Origin: a virus
Lineage: Duplodnaviria; Caudoviricetes
Virus record (IMG/VR): IMGVR_UViG_3300034053_000011
Location: 1 to 56,168 of that record
Reading direction: 5' to 3' (one strand)
Length of the DNA stretch: 56,168 nt
The notes beneath the pieces were generated by a model. It ran no database searches. It saw only the letters and a list, made by a program, of their open reading frames with translations, and was not told the origin of the DNA. Position numbers and translations under genes: made by a program. Below are positions 1 through 10,327 of this stretch, piece by piece. Position 1 is the stretch's first letter. Every line of letters starts with the position of its first letter.

Positions 1-127
1 ACCTATCTGCAGCGGCGGCGTATGCCTGCACGATCCTGATGAACAACAGCAACGATGCGACCTCTCGGGGGCTGGAAGTTGCTGGTGCAGCATCCTGTAC
101 GTTGAAAGGCGCCACGAAAAAATCATG
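1..127. repeat. Terminal direct repeat, left copy (circular-assembly overlap)
   Basis: Bases 1-127 are identical to 56042-56168, and a reading frame runs through the join. Confidence 0.95.
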
Positions 128-3100
128 GACATTGATTTCCGGGGCGCTTGCTGCCGGTGATACATCCTGCGTTGTGGATGATGCTACTGGCTGGCGCGTT
201 GGTGATCGGCTGGTATTCGCCACCACGAATTCATGGGCAGCGACATCGTTCAATGTCACATCCTCGGCGTATTCCGATCCATACCTGACCTGTACGGTAT
301 CCAGCACTACCGGGCTGGTGAAAGGTGCGCGCGTGCGCATGTCCAACATGCAGGCCAGTCTTAATACCTACTGGACGATTTACGATGTTCCTTCAAGCAC
401 GACGTTCCGAATCAATGTTGGCACCGGTTTTTCGCTGACTGACGGTATCGGCAATGCAACGCTGCAGCCGAAAATCGACGAGGTCACAATCGCCACGATC
501 ACGCCGGGTTCTGGTACGACGGCAACAATTACATGGTCGGGTGGTGTTGGTACTGGTGGTGGCGTTGCGTGGGCGCATGCGGACGATTGCCCGGTCGGTA
601 ATTTCACCCGCAACGTCACGATAGGGACGAGCAATCAGGCATATAAATCATTTGTGAATTACGCAACCGAATCCGGGTCTCCGACTCGGGTTGCGCGTGA
701 TGTGTGTTTTCAGAATATGGCCTCTGGCTACACGACATTCCCAAGCTATGCACTACGGTTGCATGGGACGGCGGACCAACTAGGGGGTCTATACAATTGC
801 GCGTTTTATTACAACGGGGTAGCTTCCGGACTGTACCAACTGCAAACAACGACTGGCACATTTGAGGTATCCACTAATGTAGGTGTCGGTTTTTCTGATG
901 TGAATACGTCGGTAGCGGCGCTCGAGTCAGCGCAGACCATTCTATCCACTGTAAGTTGGACAAACAATTGCGTGTTTGGGGGATTGGTAGGAGTAACCAG
1001 TCCGAATCCCTCTGATGTATTTTCCGGCAATCAGGCGTCTGGTTGCGCGTGGGGGGTAAATATTCCGCAGAACAACATCACATATGGCACTTACGATATT
1101 TGGAGTTGTGGTGGAGGGATGCGGGCAAGCTCATCAATACTGAGTTATGCCACTTTTCGCCAATCAACCATAGGCACAAAATTCTCGGCGGCGTGCGGCA
1201 CTGCGTTTACTGCGAGCGGTGGCCCGATACGTGCGACATTGATCGATTGTTCTGTGCAGGCCAGTAATCTATTCAGTGCCTCTGCCCTGGATTTCACCCG
1301 ATTGGAGATTATTAATAAAAACGTCGATCCTGCGGTACAGGAAATCTACACCCGTCACAGCAGTACGGTTCCGGCCATTCAGCGCAATACCGGGACGGTC
1401 AGCAGATCAACCTCATCCATCGAGATGACCTGTAATGCAACGCAGGCGATCACGCATGAATTTTATGTGTTGGCAAAAGCCGGTGAGACGATCAATCTCA
1501 AGGTATTGGTCAGGAAGTCAGGGACTCCTGCCTACGGTGCCAGCACGTTGCCTAGTGTGACGATCAGCGGCCTTGGTATTACGCCAGTCATTACGACAAT
1601 GGATGCAGGTACGGCGGCGGATACATGGGAAACACTGACTTGTACCGCAACCAACAGCGGATCGGCGGACGGGAATCTCACGGTCACACTTACCGCGCAA
1701 TCATCAACAGCGGGAGCTAAGGCGTTTTTCGCTGGTTGCCCGGTGGCGCCATTTGTCACGCGAGCACGGCATTACGGGTTCTTGTTCAACGAGACCAATC
1801 CCGTGGTATCGCCTGATCTGGTGATTTCAGCGAGTGAAGCAACTGCTGCCGCTTACACCGGCATAACAATTACGTGGGGCGCGTCGTCATCCACATCAGT
1901 GACCGGCAGCAACACGTTCCAGAAACTCTACGACTACCATCAGTCGCAGGCGGTGCTAAATGTCGGTTCTGCGCTGGCACTCACGGGCGCTGGTGTTGCT
2001 GGTTCTCCTGCGCTGTTCGCCGCTGGCAATGTCACAGTATCTGACGGTGCGGTGTTGAACGGCTCAGGCTCGATCAGCATGGGGGCTTATACATTGGCAA
2101 CCGAGTTTGCTGGCGGATCGAATTACACCTACACCGGCGGCACATTCAGTCAGGCCGCTACGGTGCCGTCATTCAGCGGCGGCACTGTGACCATCGGTGC
2201 TGCGGGGACTTACACATTCGGTGCAACGGATTCGATCATCATCATGACACCGACCGCACCGGGAACCTATGTCCTGAGCGGCGGAACTCTCTCCGGCACC
2301 ATCGATCTGCGCAATGCGTCAGGCAGTCATGCGATTACGGTGGAGCTTGCTGGTGGAGTGAGCTATACCACGGCAAACAATACCGGCGCGGCAATCACGG
2401 TGCAGACGCCACAGATTTACCAGTCGGTGACGATCAGCGGCGCTACGTCTGGTTCCCGTATTCAGATTTACGATACGACATCATCGACAGAACTCTACAA
2501 CGGCACTCCGACATTCCCGTACACATGGACGGATGGCAGTCCTGCGGCGGCAGATCGAGCGATTCGCCTGCGGGTATCGTATGTTTCTGGCGCAACGGCG
2601 AAAGAATTTATCGAAGGCAGCATCGGTACTTGTGGGCAGACGGATGAGACCGCCGCCATTTCGTATCTGGTGAATCAGACCAACGACACGACCTACAACA
2701 GCAATGCTATCGACGGGCCTGCGATCTACGCGACGAGTGGGATTACATTCACCGACGCATCACCTGACCGGGTGAATTGCAATATTGCTGGCGGCTCGGT
2801 GTCGTATCCAACAATCTATGCTTGCTTCGTGTATTGGAACTTCACGCAGACGGGTATTGCCAACGATTTCACCTACATTTCTGCGCCGGACACAGCAAAC
2901 TATTTGTTGAGTGGTATGAAGATTCGCAACACCTCTGCGACCGACCTGGTTGTCACTGGTGGATATGGGCGCGATGCGACGAGCGGGTTGTCTGCGGACA
3001 TTATTGATACAGCTGGCTCTACGGGGAACATCTTTCTTACTCCCGATCATGTGGTGCCGTATGCCACGGGGTCTGGTGTCACGGCACAGGACAAAGCAGA

Positions 3101-3221
3101 CATTGCCGCTCAGGTGCTGACTGCGGCATCGTCTGCGCCGATCTACGCGGAGATCATCAAGGTAGCTGGTGAAACAGTGACGGGCGCAGGAACCGAAGGC
3201 GACCCGTGGAGGCCGGTATGA
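1..3221 (+). CDS. 3' part of the 1153-aa Gly/Ser/Thr-rich beta-strand virion protein (tailspike/adhesin-like)
   Basis: 1060-aa ORF plus 93 aa from across the join; beta-helix-like composition; located among structural genes. Confidence 0.7.
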   Translation, partial: LSAAAAYACTILMNNSNDATSRGLEVAGAASCTLKGATKKSWTLISGALAAGDTSCVVDDATGWRVGDRLVFATTNSWAATSFNVTSSAYSDPYLTCTVSSTTGLVKGARVRMSNMQASLNTYWTIYDVPSSTTFRINVGTGFSLTDGIGNATLQPKIDEVTIATITPGSGTTATITWSGGVGTGGGVAWAHADDCPVGNFTRNVTIGTSNQAYKSFVNYATESGSPTRVARDVCFQNMASGYTTFPSYALRLHGTADQLGGLYNCAFYYNGVASGLYQLQTTTGTFEVSTNVGVGFSDVNTSVAALESAQTILSTVSWTNNCVFGGLVGVTSPNPSDVFSGNQASGCAWGVNIPQNNITYGTYDIWSCGGGMRASSSILSYATFRQSTIGTKFSAACGTAFTASGGPIRATLIDCSVQASNLFSASALDFTRLEIINKNVDPAVQEIYTRHSSTVPAIQRNTGTVSRSTSSIEMTCNATQAITHEFYVLAKAGETINLKVLVRKSGTPAYGASTLPSVTISGLGITPVITTMDAGTAADTWETLTCTATNSGSADGNLTVTLTAQSSTAGAKAFFAGCPVAPFVTRARHYGFLFNETNPVVSPDLVISASEATAAAYTGITITWGASSSTSVTGSNTFQKLYDYHQSQAVLNVGSALALTGAGVAGSPALFAAGNVTVSDGAVLNGSGSISMGAYTLATEFAGGSNYTYTGGTFSQAATVPSFSGGTVTIGAAGTYTFGATDSIIIMTPTAPGTYVLSGGTLSGTIDLRNASGSHAITVELAGGVSYTTANNTGAAITVQTPQIYQSVTISGATSGSRIQIYDTTSSTELYNGTPTFPYTWTDGSPAAADRAIRLRVSYVSGATAKEFIEGSIGTCGQTDETAAISYLVNQTNDTTYNSNAIDGPAIYATSGITFTDASPDRVNCNIAGGSVSYPTIYACFVYWNFTQTGIANDFTYISAPDTANYLLSGMKIRNTSATDLVVTGGYGRDATSGLSADIIDTAGSTGNIFLTPDHVVPYATGSGVTAQDKADIAAQVLTAASSAPIYAEIIKVAGETVTGAGTEGDPWRPV

Positions 3222-3994
3222 GTACAAATTATCCTGCAGCACTCGATGTACTGACGAATCCCGCCAGTACGGACACTATGACAGCGGTCCCGCATTCGGA
3301 GCAGCACGCCAATGCCAACGATGCCATCGAGGCGCTACAGGCGAAGCTTGGGGATGATAGTACGGTGGCAAGTCTTCCGGCTGGCGCGTCGCTTGGCGCG
3401 GCGCAAGGCGTCGGCCTACTGGTTGAGGGGGCGCACGGATGGCGAGATATTGAAGGGGCGCTTATCCCAAAGACAAGTGGGGTTGGTAGCCCAACGCTGA
3501 CCACGTTTCGTGGAAACGTCCGGTGGTTCGCTTACGCGAATGGTGAGGATATGGATGCTGTTTTCCACATTCCGCATGACTACGCTCCGGGGAGTGACCT
3601 GTATTTGCATCTACACTGGGGCCACAACGGAACGAGCATCAGCAACAGTGTCGTGATCGACTACTACCTGACCTATGCCAAAGGCCACAGTCAAGCGACA
3701 TTCCCTGCGGAGATTCACATCACGCAAACGCTTGCCGGTTTGACAATCGGCAACACGCCGCAGTACGCCCATCGTATCGATGAATTTCAGATCACCAACG
3801 CCGCTGGCGATTCGACACATTTTGACCGTGACCTGATAGAGCCTGACGGTCTGTTGCTGGTACATTTTAACTGGACGACGATTCCGACAATATCAGGTGG
3901 CGGCACGACAAAACCATTCGCGTTCTACCTTGACTTGCATTACCAGAGCACCAGTACGGCGACGAAGAACAAAGCTCCTGACTTCTGGACATAA
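3218..3994 (+). CDS. Putative virion structural/fibre protein
   Basis: Start MSTNYPAALD at 3218 after GGAGG, overlapping the upstream stop (ATGA). The N-terminus (NYP..LD..TNP...H..ANDAIEALQAKLG) is typical of phage fibre anchors. Confidence 0.6.
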   Translation: MSTNYPAALDVLTNPASTDTMTAVPHSEQHANANDAIEALQAKLGDDSTVASLPAGASLGAAQGVGLLVEGAHGWRDIEGALIPKTSGVGSPTLTTFRGNVRWFAYANGEDMDAVFHIPHDYAPGSDLYLHLHWGHNGTSISNSVVIDYYLTYAKGHSQATFPAEIHITQTLAGLTIGNTPQYAHRIDEFQITNAAGDSTHFDRDLIEPDGLLLVHFNWTTIPTISGGGTTKPFAFYLDLHYQSTSTATKNKAPDFWT

Positions 3995-3997
3995 TCC

Positions 3998-4186
3998 ATG
4001 AGCGCATGGGGTACAGCGTGGCTCCGAAACTGGGGTAATTCATGGGGGGTCGTTGTCGTTGGGATCTGTGCCTACGATAACGCCAATCAGTACGACAATG
4101 TTTATGAGTACGACGCAGCAGAATGTCACGTCATCAATGAGGCGTCAGACTGGCTGATTCGCTATCGGCGCAGATGTAGAAGGTAA
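3998..4186 (+). CDS. Small Trp/Gly-repeat hypothetical protein
   Basis: 62 aa with WG..W...WG.SWG repeats; tightly coupled to the upstream gene. Confidence 0.55.
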   Translation: MSAWGTAWLRNWGNSWGVVVVGICAYDNANQYDNVYEYDAAECHVINEASDWLIRYRRRCRR

Positions 4187-4189
4187 CTA

Positions 4190-4218
4190 TTGACGTGCGC
4201 TATTTAATAGCGTAGGAT
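4190..4218 (+). promoter_or_regulatory. Sigma70-like promoter upstream of the portal, with a palindromic spacer
   Basis: TTGACG-17-TAGGAT; the spacer contains CGCTATT-T-AATAGCG. Confidence 0.65.
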
Positions 4219-4250
4219 TATCACCGTGGCGACCCCGCTCGCCCATACGA

Positions 4251-4275
4251 AACCCGCCCAGGAGGTGGGTTTTTT
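4251..4275 (+). terminator. Intrinsic terminator between the promoter and the portal gene
   Basis: AACCCGCC-CAGGA-GGTGGGTT followed by a T run. Confidence 0.7.
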
Positions 4276-4290
4276 ATTTCTGGAGACGAT

Positions 4291-6579
4291 ATGGATCAAC
4301 TCGACGGCATGCTCCCAGCAGAAGTCGAGGAGATGTTGCGTCTTCAGCGCGAGGAAAAGCTTGCCAAGATAGAGGCGTTCGGAGCGGCACTGGCAAGGAA
4401 GCGCGACGATGCCGTCGACGGGCGCAAGTCATCCGGCATCGAGGAAGAATGGTGGGAGTCGGAGGAGCAGTACCAGGGCATTGATGACGCCAACCGTGAC
4501 GAGACGAGGGGCGCCCTGAAGCCGTCTGCCGTCGGTGGTTCGTTCGTCGGCAAGGCGGATCGCAAGGATGTCCGCAGCACGGTGTTCCTGAACATCACCC
4601 GGCCCTATGTGGATGCTGCGGCCGCCAAGGTGGCTGACATGCTGCTGCCGACCGACGATCGCAACTGGGGCATAAAGCCCACGCCGATCCCGCAACTCAC
4701 GCAGGCGTTGAAGGATATGCGACCGGCAGCGCCGCAACAGCCGAGCATGGCCAATGTGCCACAGCCCGGCGTACCGCAGCAACCGATGCAGCCGCAGCCC
4801 ACCATAGCCGACCTGGCCAAGCAGGAACTGGCCGAGGCGACACGCCGGGCAGAGGCCGCGGAGAAGCGGATCGAGGACTGGCTGATCGAATGTCAGTATC
4901 ACGCCGAGGTGCGCAAGGTCATTGAGGATTGCGCTCGCCTGGGTGTCGGCATTCTCAAGGGGCCGTTCCCCGAGAAGAAAACACGTCGCGCCGTCACCAA
5001 GACGCCCGAAGGCATGGCAATGACAATGGCGGTTGATTACTCACCGTCAGCCAAGCGCATCGACCCGTGGAACTTCTATCCTGATCCAGCTTGCGGCGAA
5101 GACGTCCAGCGTGGATCTTACGTCTGGGAGCGTGACGAGATCACTGTGCGCCAGGTCAAGGAGTTGCTTGGCGTTCCCGGATACCTCAACGACCAGATCA
5201 AGAAGGTTCTCGAGGAGGGCCCGGGCAAGAAGTTCGAGAACGCGCGCAATGTGAATCAGAAGGTGTCCGTCTCCGAAAAGGAGAAGTACGAAATCTGGTA
5301 CTTCAACGGAATGGTGGATGCCAAGGATCTCAAGCTCGTTGGTGTCGATGTGCCCGAGGACACGGGTGGTGCGTTTGCGATCGTCACGATGATCAACGAC
5401 ACACCGATCAAGGCAGCGCTGCAGCCGCTGGAGTCGGAGCGCTTTCCGTACCAGATGATGCCGTGGCAGCGCAAGACCAACTCGGTCTGGGGCTCTGGTG
5501 TGGCTCGCCTGATCCGCACGCCGCAGCGCATCGTCAATGCGGGTTGCCGGAACATGATGGACAACGCTGGTGTGTCCGCTGGCGGGCAGTTCGTTATGCG
5601 CCGCGGTGCTGTCGAGCCGGCAGATGGAAGCTGGGCGATCACACCGAGAAAGATCTGGTTTGTGACTGATGATGCTGTTCGGGTCAATGATGTCTTCGCT
5701 TCGATCCAGTTGCCATCCATGCAGGCCGAGTTGATGAATATCGTTCAATTCGCGATGAAGATGGCCGAGGATGTCACCGGGCTGCCGCAGCTTTTGCAAG
5801 GCATGCAGGGTAAGGCGCCGGATACGGTCGGTGGTATGACGATGTTGATGAACAACGCCTCGAGCGTACTGCGCCGCATTGCGCGCACGTTCGATGACTG
5901 CATCACTGAGCCGTTCATCCGCGCGATGTACGAGTGGCTGATGGAGTATGGCGAGGACGACGACGAGAAGGGTGACTTCACGATCGACGCCCGCGGCAGC
6001 ACGGCGCTGGTGGAGCGTGACTTGGCCAACCAGGCGATCCTGCAGATGGGCCAGTTCGTTATGAATCCGGCGTTCGAGATGAGCCCATCCAAGTGGATTC
6101 GAGAGGCCATGCGCGCGCAAAAGCTAGATCCAAAGCGCATCGAGCTTGACGACGACGAGAAGGAAAAGATGGCGCAGCAACAACCTCAGCCGGCGCCACA
6201 GGTCCAGGCCGCGCAAATCCGCGCCGAGGTTGAGATGGAGAAAGCGAAGATGCACGCCGACGTCGCGATGCAGAAGGTCCAGCTCGATACCGACCGGGAC
6301 CGCACCTACGTCGAGGCCGAGACGGACCGCACGATGCGCGAGCACGAGGCCAGACTTGCTGAATTGAATGTGAAGCGCGAACTGGCATTGCTCGAGTACG
6401 CCATGCAGCAAAAGATCAGTTTGGATGAAATCAAATCGTCCCTTGCGAAGGAGACGATGAAATTGCAAACCCAGAAGGAACTTGCCGCAGCAAGCAACGC
6501 GATGCAAGTGCCGCAGGTAGCCACGCCCAGCGTGGAGCCGCGCGGTCGGGCGCCTAACGGGATGGCGTTCCAGCGTTGA
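4291..6579 (+). CDS. Portal protein (podovirus/P22-like)
   Basis: 762 aa; motifs DPWNFYPDP, WGSGV, EDVTG.P...QG and GDFTIDARG; coiled-coil C-terminus; GGAG RBS; lies before scaffold and capsid. Confidence 0.85.
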   Translation: MDQLDGMLPAEVEEMLRLQREEKLAKIEAFGAALARKRDDAVDGRKSSGIEEEWWESEEQYQGIDDANRDETRGALKPSAVGGSFVGKADRKDVRSTVFLNITRPYVDAAAAKVADMLLPTDDRNWGIKPTPIPQLTQALKDMRPAAPQQPSMANVPQPGVPQQPMQPQPTIADLAKQELAEATRRAEAAEKRIEDWLIECQYHAEVRKVIEDCARLGVGILKGPFPEKKTRRAVTKTPEGMAMTMAVDYSPSAKRIDPWNFYPDPACGEDVQRGSYVWERDEITVRQVKELLGVPGYLNDQIKKVLEEGPGKKFENARNVNQKVSVSEKEKYEIWYFNGMVDAKDLKLVGVDVPEDTGGAFAIVTMINDTPIKAALQPLESERFPYQMMPWQRKTNSVWGSGVARLIRTPQRIVNAGCRNMMDNAGVSAGGQFVMRRGAVEPADGSWAITPRKIWFVTDDAVRVNDVFASIQLPSMQAELMNIVQFAMKMAEDVTGLPQLLQGMQGKAPDTVGGMTMLMNNASSVLRRIARTFDDCITEPFIRAMYEWLMEYGEDDDEKGDFTIDARGSTALVERDLANQAILQMGQFVMNPAFEMSPSKWIREAMRAQKLDPKRIELDDDEKEKMAQQQPQPAPQVQAAQIRAEVEMEKAKMHADVAMQKVQLDTDRDRTYVEAETDRTMREHEARLAELNVKRELALLEYAMQQKISLDEIKSSLAKETMKLQTQKELAAASNAMQVPQVATPSVEPRGRAPNGMAFQR

Positions 6580-6776
6580 CACTCACCCATGAAGAGCGCC
6601 ACAGCGCGCTGTGGCTGAAGCTGAAAGAACATATCGCGGAGCAGATAGACATGCTTCGCCGACGCAATGACGGTGACTTCGATGCAGTGACGACGGCATC
6701 GATTCGCGGACAGATCCGCGCACTGAAGAATCTGGTGGCTCTGGAAACGGACCCGCCGACTGTGGCTGACGACTGA
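6576..6776 (+). CDS. Small hypothetical protein following the portal
   Basis: 66 aa with T..IRGQIRALK motif, typical of ORFs after podovirus portals; start overlaps the portal stop. Confidence 0.7.
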   Translation: MTLTHEERHSALWLKLKEHIAEQIDMLRRRNDGDFDAVTTASIRGQIRALKNLVALETDPPTVADD

Positions 6777-6798
6777 CGAAGTCCTTGGCCGTGTGTTG

Positions 6799-6825
6799 AG
6801 CCCACCCATTGAGGTGGGCTTTGTT
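6799..6825 (+). terminator. Terminator-like hairpin
   Basis: AGCCCACC-CATTGA-GGTGGGCT followed by TTGTT. Confidence 0.55.
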
Positions 6826-6842
6826 GTTTGCGGAGTCAATCA

Positions 6843-7661
6843 ATGACCGAAGAGGTACAAGACCAGGAAGTACAGCAGTCCTCAACAACCGCTGAAGACG
6901 AGGCTGGATTCGAGGCAGGGTTTGCCGAGGCGCGAGGCGATGAGCCCCCCACCGCGGAATCACAGCCAGAAGTCACGCCAGATCCCAATGCGGAAACAGA
7001 GCCCGAAGTAGAGCAAGAACAGCCGGTTCTCGCCGGCCTCACCGAGTCGCAGATCAAGGCCGCACTGGCTAAGGCGAACGAAGTCGATGAGTTGCGCGCG
7101 CAGTTGCGGCAGATACACGGTCGCTACGGGGATCTGAATGGCCGACTTACGCAGATGCAGCAGTCGGCAGCGCCGCGGGAAGTTACTGCGGAGATGTTTG
7201 AGGAACTGAACGCGGAATTTCCTGAGCTTGCCGCCGGAATCGCCAAAGGTCTGTCGAAGCTGCCGCTTGGAGGGCAGCCCCAGACCCAGGTTGATCTTGC
7301 TCCTATCGAGGAGAAGTTCACCCAGGGACTTGATCGGATTCAGAAGCAGGCTGAGATCAAGCTGCTTTCGATGAAGCACAGGGATTGGCAAACCATTCGA
7401 GAGAGTGATGACTTCAAGGTGTGGGAAGGGACATTACCGGAGGACGAGCGCAATGAGCTCGAGAACTCCTGGGACGCCCTGTACCTATCCGATCAGTTCG
7501 ATCGCTTCAAAGGTTGGCGCGACAGGGCGCAAGCCGCGAGGCAGACCAAGCAGAAACGGCTCGAGGCAGCCACCACGCCGCGTGGTGTTGTTTCAACGCC
7601 GCCCACAGTCAATGACGACGACGCTTTTTTTTCCGGCTTCAAGCAAGTCCGGAGGGCTTAG
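6843..7661 (+). CDS. Capsid scaffolding protein
   Basis: Acidic N-terminus and coiled coil; directly upstream of the capsid gene; ATG at 6843 after GGAG. Confidence 0.7.
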   Translation: MTEEVQDQEVQQSSTTAEDEAGFEAGFAEARGDEPPTAESQPEVTPDPNAETEPEVEQEQPVLAGLTESQIKAALAKANEVDELRAQLRQIHGRYGDLNGRLTQMQQSAAPREVTAEMFEELNAEFPELAAGIAKGLSKLPLGGQPQTQVDLAPIEEKFTQGLDRIQKQAEIKLLSMKHRDWQTIRESDDFKVWEGTLPEDERNELENSWDALYLSDQFDRFKGWRDRAQAARQTKQKRLEAATTPRGVVSTPPTVNDDDAFFSGFKQVRRA

Positions 7662-7687
7662 TCGCACTTTAATCAAGGAGCATCAAA

Positions 7688-8737
7688 ATGGCACAGTTTG
7701 AATATGCATCGCCCGCTGGGCGGATTAACAAAATCAAGGGCGAGTTGCTGGCTCATGCAATGAGCATTGAAGTGCTCGGCAAGTTCGGTATGAAGAAAGA
7801 CCTGCCGAAGAACGCCGGCGCCCAGATCGTCTTCCGTTCCTACCTGCCCTACGGCGCCACCACCAGTGACGCTAACACGCAGAACCGTCCGTCCGTCTCG
7901 GCCGCGGCTCACATCCTGTCGGAAGGCTCCACGCCGACCGCGGATACGCTCGTGCCGCGTGACGTCACCGGCACCCTGGTCCAGTACGGCGCGCTGTACA
8001 GCTATACGGACAAGACCGCGGATCTCTACGAGGACGACGTCCCTGCCGAGATGAAGAAGCAGCTCGGCGAGCGTATGGGCTTGTTGAAGGAAATGATCAC
8101 CTGGGGCGAGCTGAAGTCTGGCACCAACATCTATTACGGCGGCACGGGTACGACCGTTGCCACCGTCAATGGTGAAGTCTCGATCACTGGTCTGCGCAAG
8201 ATCTCGCGCAACCTGCAGGCTAACCACGCCAAGCGCATCACCTCGATTCTCGATGCGTCGCCGAAGTTTGCCACCGCCCCGGTTGAGGCTGCCTATGTGT
8301 TCATCGGTCACACCGACCTCGAGGCGTCCATCCGCGAACTGCCGGGCTTCAAGCATGTCAGCGAGTACGGCAGCCGCAAGGTGATGTCCGAGCATGAGCT
8401 TGGTTCCTGCGAGAACTTCCGCTTCATCCTCTCGCCTGAACTGGCTTCGACCGCCAATGCTGCGTCCTCGGTGACTGCTGCGACCTTCAACCTGTACTCC
8501 ACCGGCGGCACCAACCCGGACGTCTACAAGGCCATCATCCTGGCCGAAGACGCCTTCGGCGACCTGGCTCTGCGTGGTGCGGGTTCGATGGACGTCTCGG
8601 TGATCCCGGTCGGCCAGAAGGACAAGAACGACCCGTTGGGACAGCGCGGCTACATCGGTGCCAAGTTCTACGCGACGACCGTCCTGTTGAACCAGGGCTG
8701 GTACGCTGTTTATAACGTCGGCGCCCGCGCTCTCTGA
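7688..8737 (+). CDS. Major capsid protein (N4-gp56 family)
   Basis: 349 aa; LSEGSTP, QYG..Y.YTD, E.GS.E..RF and DPLGQRG..GAK motifs; AAGGAG RBS; strongly biased codons. Confidence 0.9.
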   Translation: MAQFEYASPAGRINKIKGELLAHAMSIEVLGKFGMKKDLPKNAGAQIVFRSYLPYGATTSDANTQNRPSVSAAAHILSEGSTPTADTLVPRDVTGTLVQYGALYSYTDKTADLYEDDVPAEMKKQLGERMGLLKEMITWGELKSGTNIYYGGTGTTVATVNGEVSITGLRKISRNLQANHAKRITSILDASPKFATAPVEAAYVFIGHTDLEASIRELPGFKHVSEYGSRKVMSEHELGSCENFRFILSPELASTANAASSVTAATFNLYSTGGTNPDVYKAIILAEDAFGDLALRGAGSMDVSVIPVGQKDKNDPLGQRGYIGAKFYATTVLLNQGWYAVYNVGARAL

Positions 8738-8791
8738 TCCTGATCATCCGGGCCGGGTAACGCCGGCCCATCCTTCCTGAAAGGAATCATC

Positions 8792-9304
8792 ATGCAACTG
8801 CTCTGGAAAAAGGTCACTGACATTCTGGTGACCAATAAACTCTCTTTTGGCAAGGGAGCGGTTCTTGAGGCCACGACGCTGTCCGGGACGAAAACCCCGG
8901 TCGCACTCGGCGCCACAGAGACGCGCACCGCAGCCACCACGCTGACCGCCGCTGACAACGGGAAGACCATCTTCCTGAACTCTGCAACGGAGTTCGCTAC
9001 GACCCTACCGGCACCCGCTGCTGGCCTGGCCTTTACCTTCATCGTCTCGGCTGCTCCGTCTGGTGCGTCCTACACGGTGGTATCTGCCAGCTCGGCGAAC
9101 ATCATCAAGGGTCAAGTCTATACCGTCGATGTCAACTCGGCTACTGATCCTGACTTCGAGACAAGTGGTGGAGACACCATCTCGCTTGTTGATGGAAAAG
9201 CTGTTGCTGGCGACCGTGTTGATGTTGTATGCGATGGCACTAACTGGTTCGCATACGGTTTCTGCTCGGTCTTCGACGCGATCACTATTACCACCGCTTC
9301 CTAA
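8792..9304 (+). CDS. Putative capsid decoration/structural protein
   Basis: 170 aa, beta-rich, ending CDGTNWF; immediately after the capsid gene. Confidence 0.6.
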   Translation: MQLLWKKVTDILVTNKLSFGKGAVLEATTLSGTKTPVALGATETRTAATTLTAADNGKTIFLNSATEFATTLPAPAAGLAFTFIVSAAPSGASYTVVSASSANIIKGQVYTVDVNSATDPDFETSGGDTISLVDGKAVAGDRVDVVCDGTNWFAYGFCSVFDAITITTAS

Positions 9305-9318
9305 TTCAGGAGACTGAC

Positions 9319-9771
9319 ATGAACTTGAGCAACTTCACTACTGCAGGCACCTTCTGCCTGTCCAAGGGCGGCCTGGCCGAAGGCACCAACTCGGCCACTT
9401 TCAAGATCGTCGCCCCCAACGGTGCTGGCATCGACTACTGCATCGGCGGTGTTCTGTACCACAAGGCGGACGCCGACAACATCGCCATCACGGCGACTGC
9501 TGTTCAGGCCAATGCCACAACCTGTCTCTACACCATTTCCCTTGATTCGAGCGGCAACGTCACTTTTACCAAGGGCGACGAGGTCACGACAACCGAGCTT
9601 GGTGATGGTAACACCAATATCCGCTGGCCGGCAGCCCCCGCCACAAACTGCGTGATCGGTGGCCTCAAGGTTGTCGCTACCGCTGCTTATACCGGCGGCA
9701 CGACCGACCTGAACGGTCAAGGTACGTTCTACGACTTCTTTGCCCTGCCGGGTACGGTTGTCGCGTCGTAA
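9319..9771 (+). CDS. Putative structural protein
   Basis: 150 aa; AGGAG RBS; head operon. Confidence 0.6.
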   Translation: MNLSNFTTAGTFCLSKGGLAEGTNSATFKIVAPNGAGIDYCIGGVLYHKADADNIAITATAVQANATTCLYTISLDSSGNVTFTKGDEVTTTELGDGNTNIRWPAAPATNCVIGGLKVVATAAYTGGTTDLNGQGTFYDFFALPGTVVAS

Positions 9772-9793
9772 CGCAGTAACGCTTCAACCCAAC

Positions 9794-9818
9794 AAGGGGC
9801 CTTCGGGCCCCTTTTTTT
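9794..9818 (+). terminator. Intrinsic terminator after the head genes
   Basis: AAGGGGCC-TTCG-GGCCCCTT followed by a T run. Confidence 0.9.
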
Positions 9819-9840
9819 ATTTCCCAAAGGAGATTGCCCC

Positions 9841-10326
9841 ATGCCGCGTTGGCCTGAAAAAGAACTGAATACCCAAGAGCTCCCGCTCGCCAAGGACAAG
9901 GAAGTTGTCCTGCCGCCCTCTGGATCGATCGCTGACAGCCTTGATGAACTGCGCACAGTGGAAGTCCATGCCCAGCCGTTGCAAGACGACTATGCGGCCG
10001 CCTTGGCCTTTGCCGAGGAAAAGGTCACCGTGATGATTCACGAGGACACAGACCCGAATGCTGAGAACCCGGTGCAGGTTGCGGTGAATGGCACCAATCA
10101 GTTCTTCTTCCGCGGTCAGCCGCAGGACGTCAAGCGCAAATACGTCGAGGTTCTCGCACGCTGCAAGCGCACTCGCATCTCCACGCCAGAGATCACCGAT
10201 GGTAGCGGCGCACGCACCAACGTCGTCCGCCAGTCGTCATCTCTTCGCTATCCCTTCAGCGTCATGTACGACCCGAACCCACGGGGCGCAGTGTGGCTGA
10301 AGAACATTATGACCGAGGCTGCTTGA
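9841..10326 (+). CDS. Hypothetical phage protein
   Basis: 161 aa; AAGGAG RBS; V.VNG...RG...V...YVEVL motif. Confidence 0.7.
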   Translation: MPRWPEKELNTQELPLAKDKEVVLPPSGSIADSLDELRTVEVHAQPLQDDYAAALAFAEEKVTVMIHEDTDPNAENPVQVAVNGTNQFFFRGQPQDVKRKYVEVLARCKRTRISTPEITDGSGARTNVVRQSSSLRYPFSVMYDPNPRGAVWLKNIMTEAA

Positions 10327-10327
10327 T

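Noticed and set aside
1-127. 127-bp terminal repeat as a biological DTR
   Set aside because: It lies mid-gene and equals a common assembler k-mer length, so it shows circularity or permutation, not physical ends.
5047-6120. 357-aa antisense ORF, and similar ones opposite the capsid, SSB and giant genes
   Set aside because: Antisense shadows of strongly codon-biased genes; no RBS or motifs.
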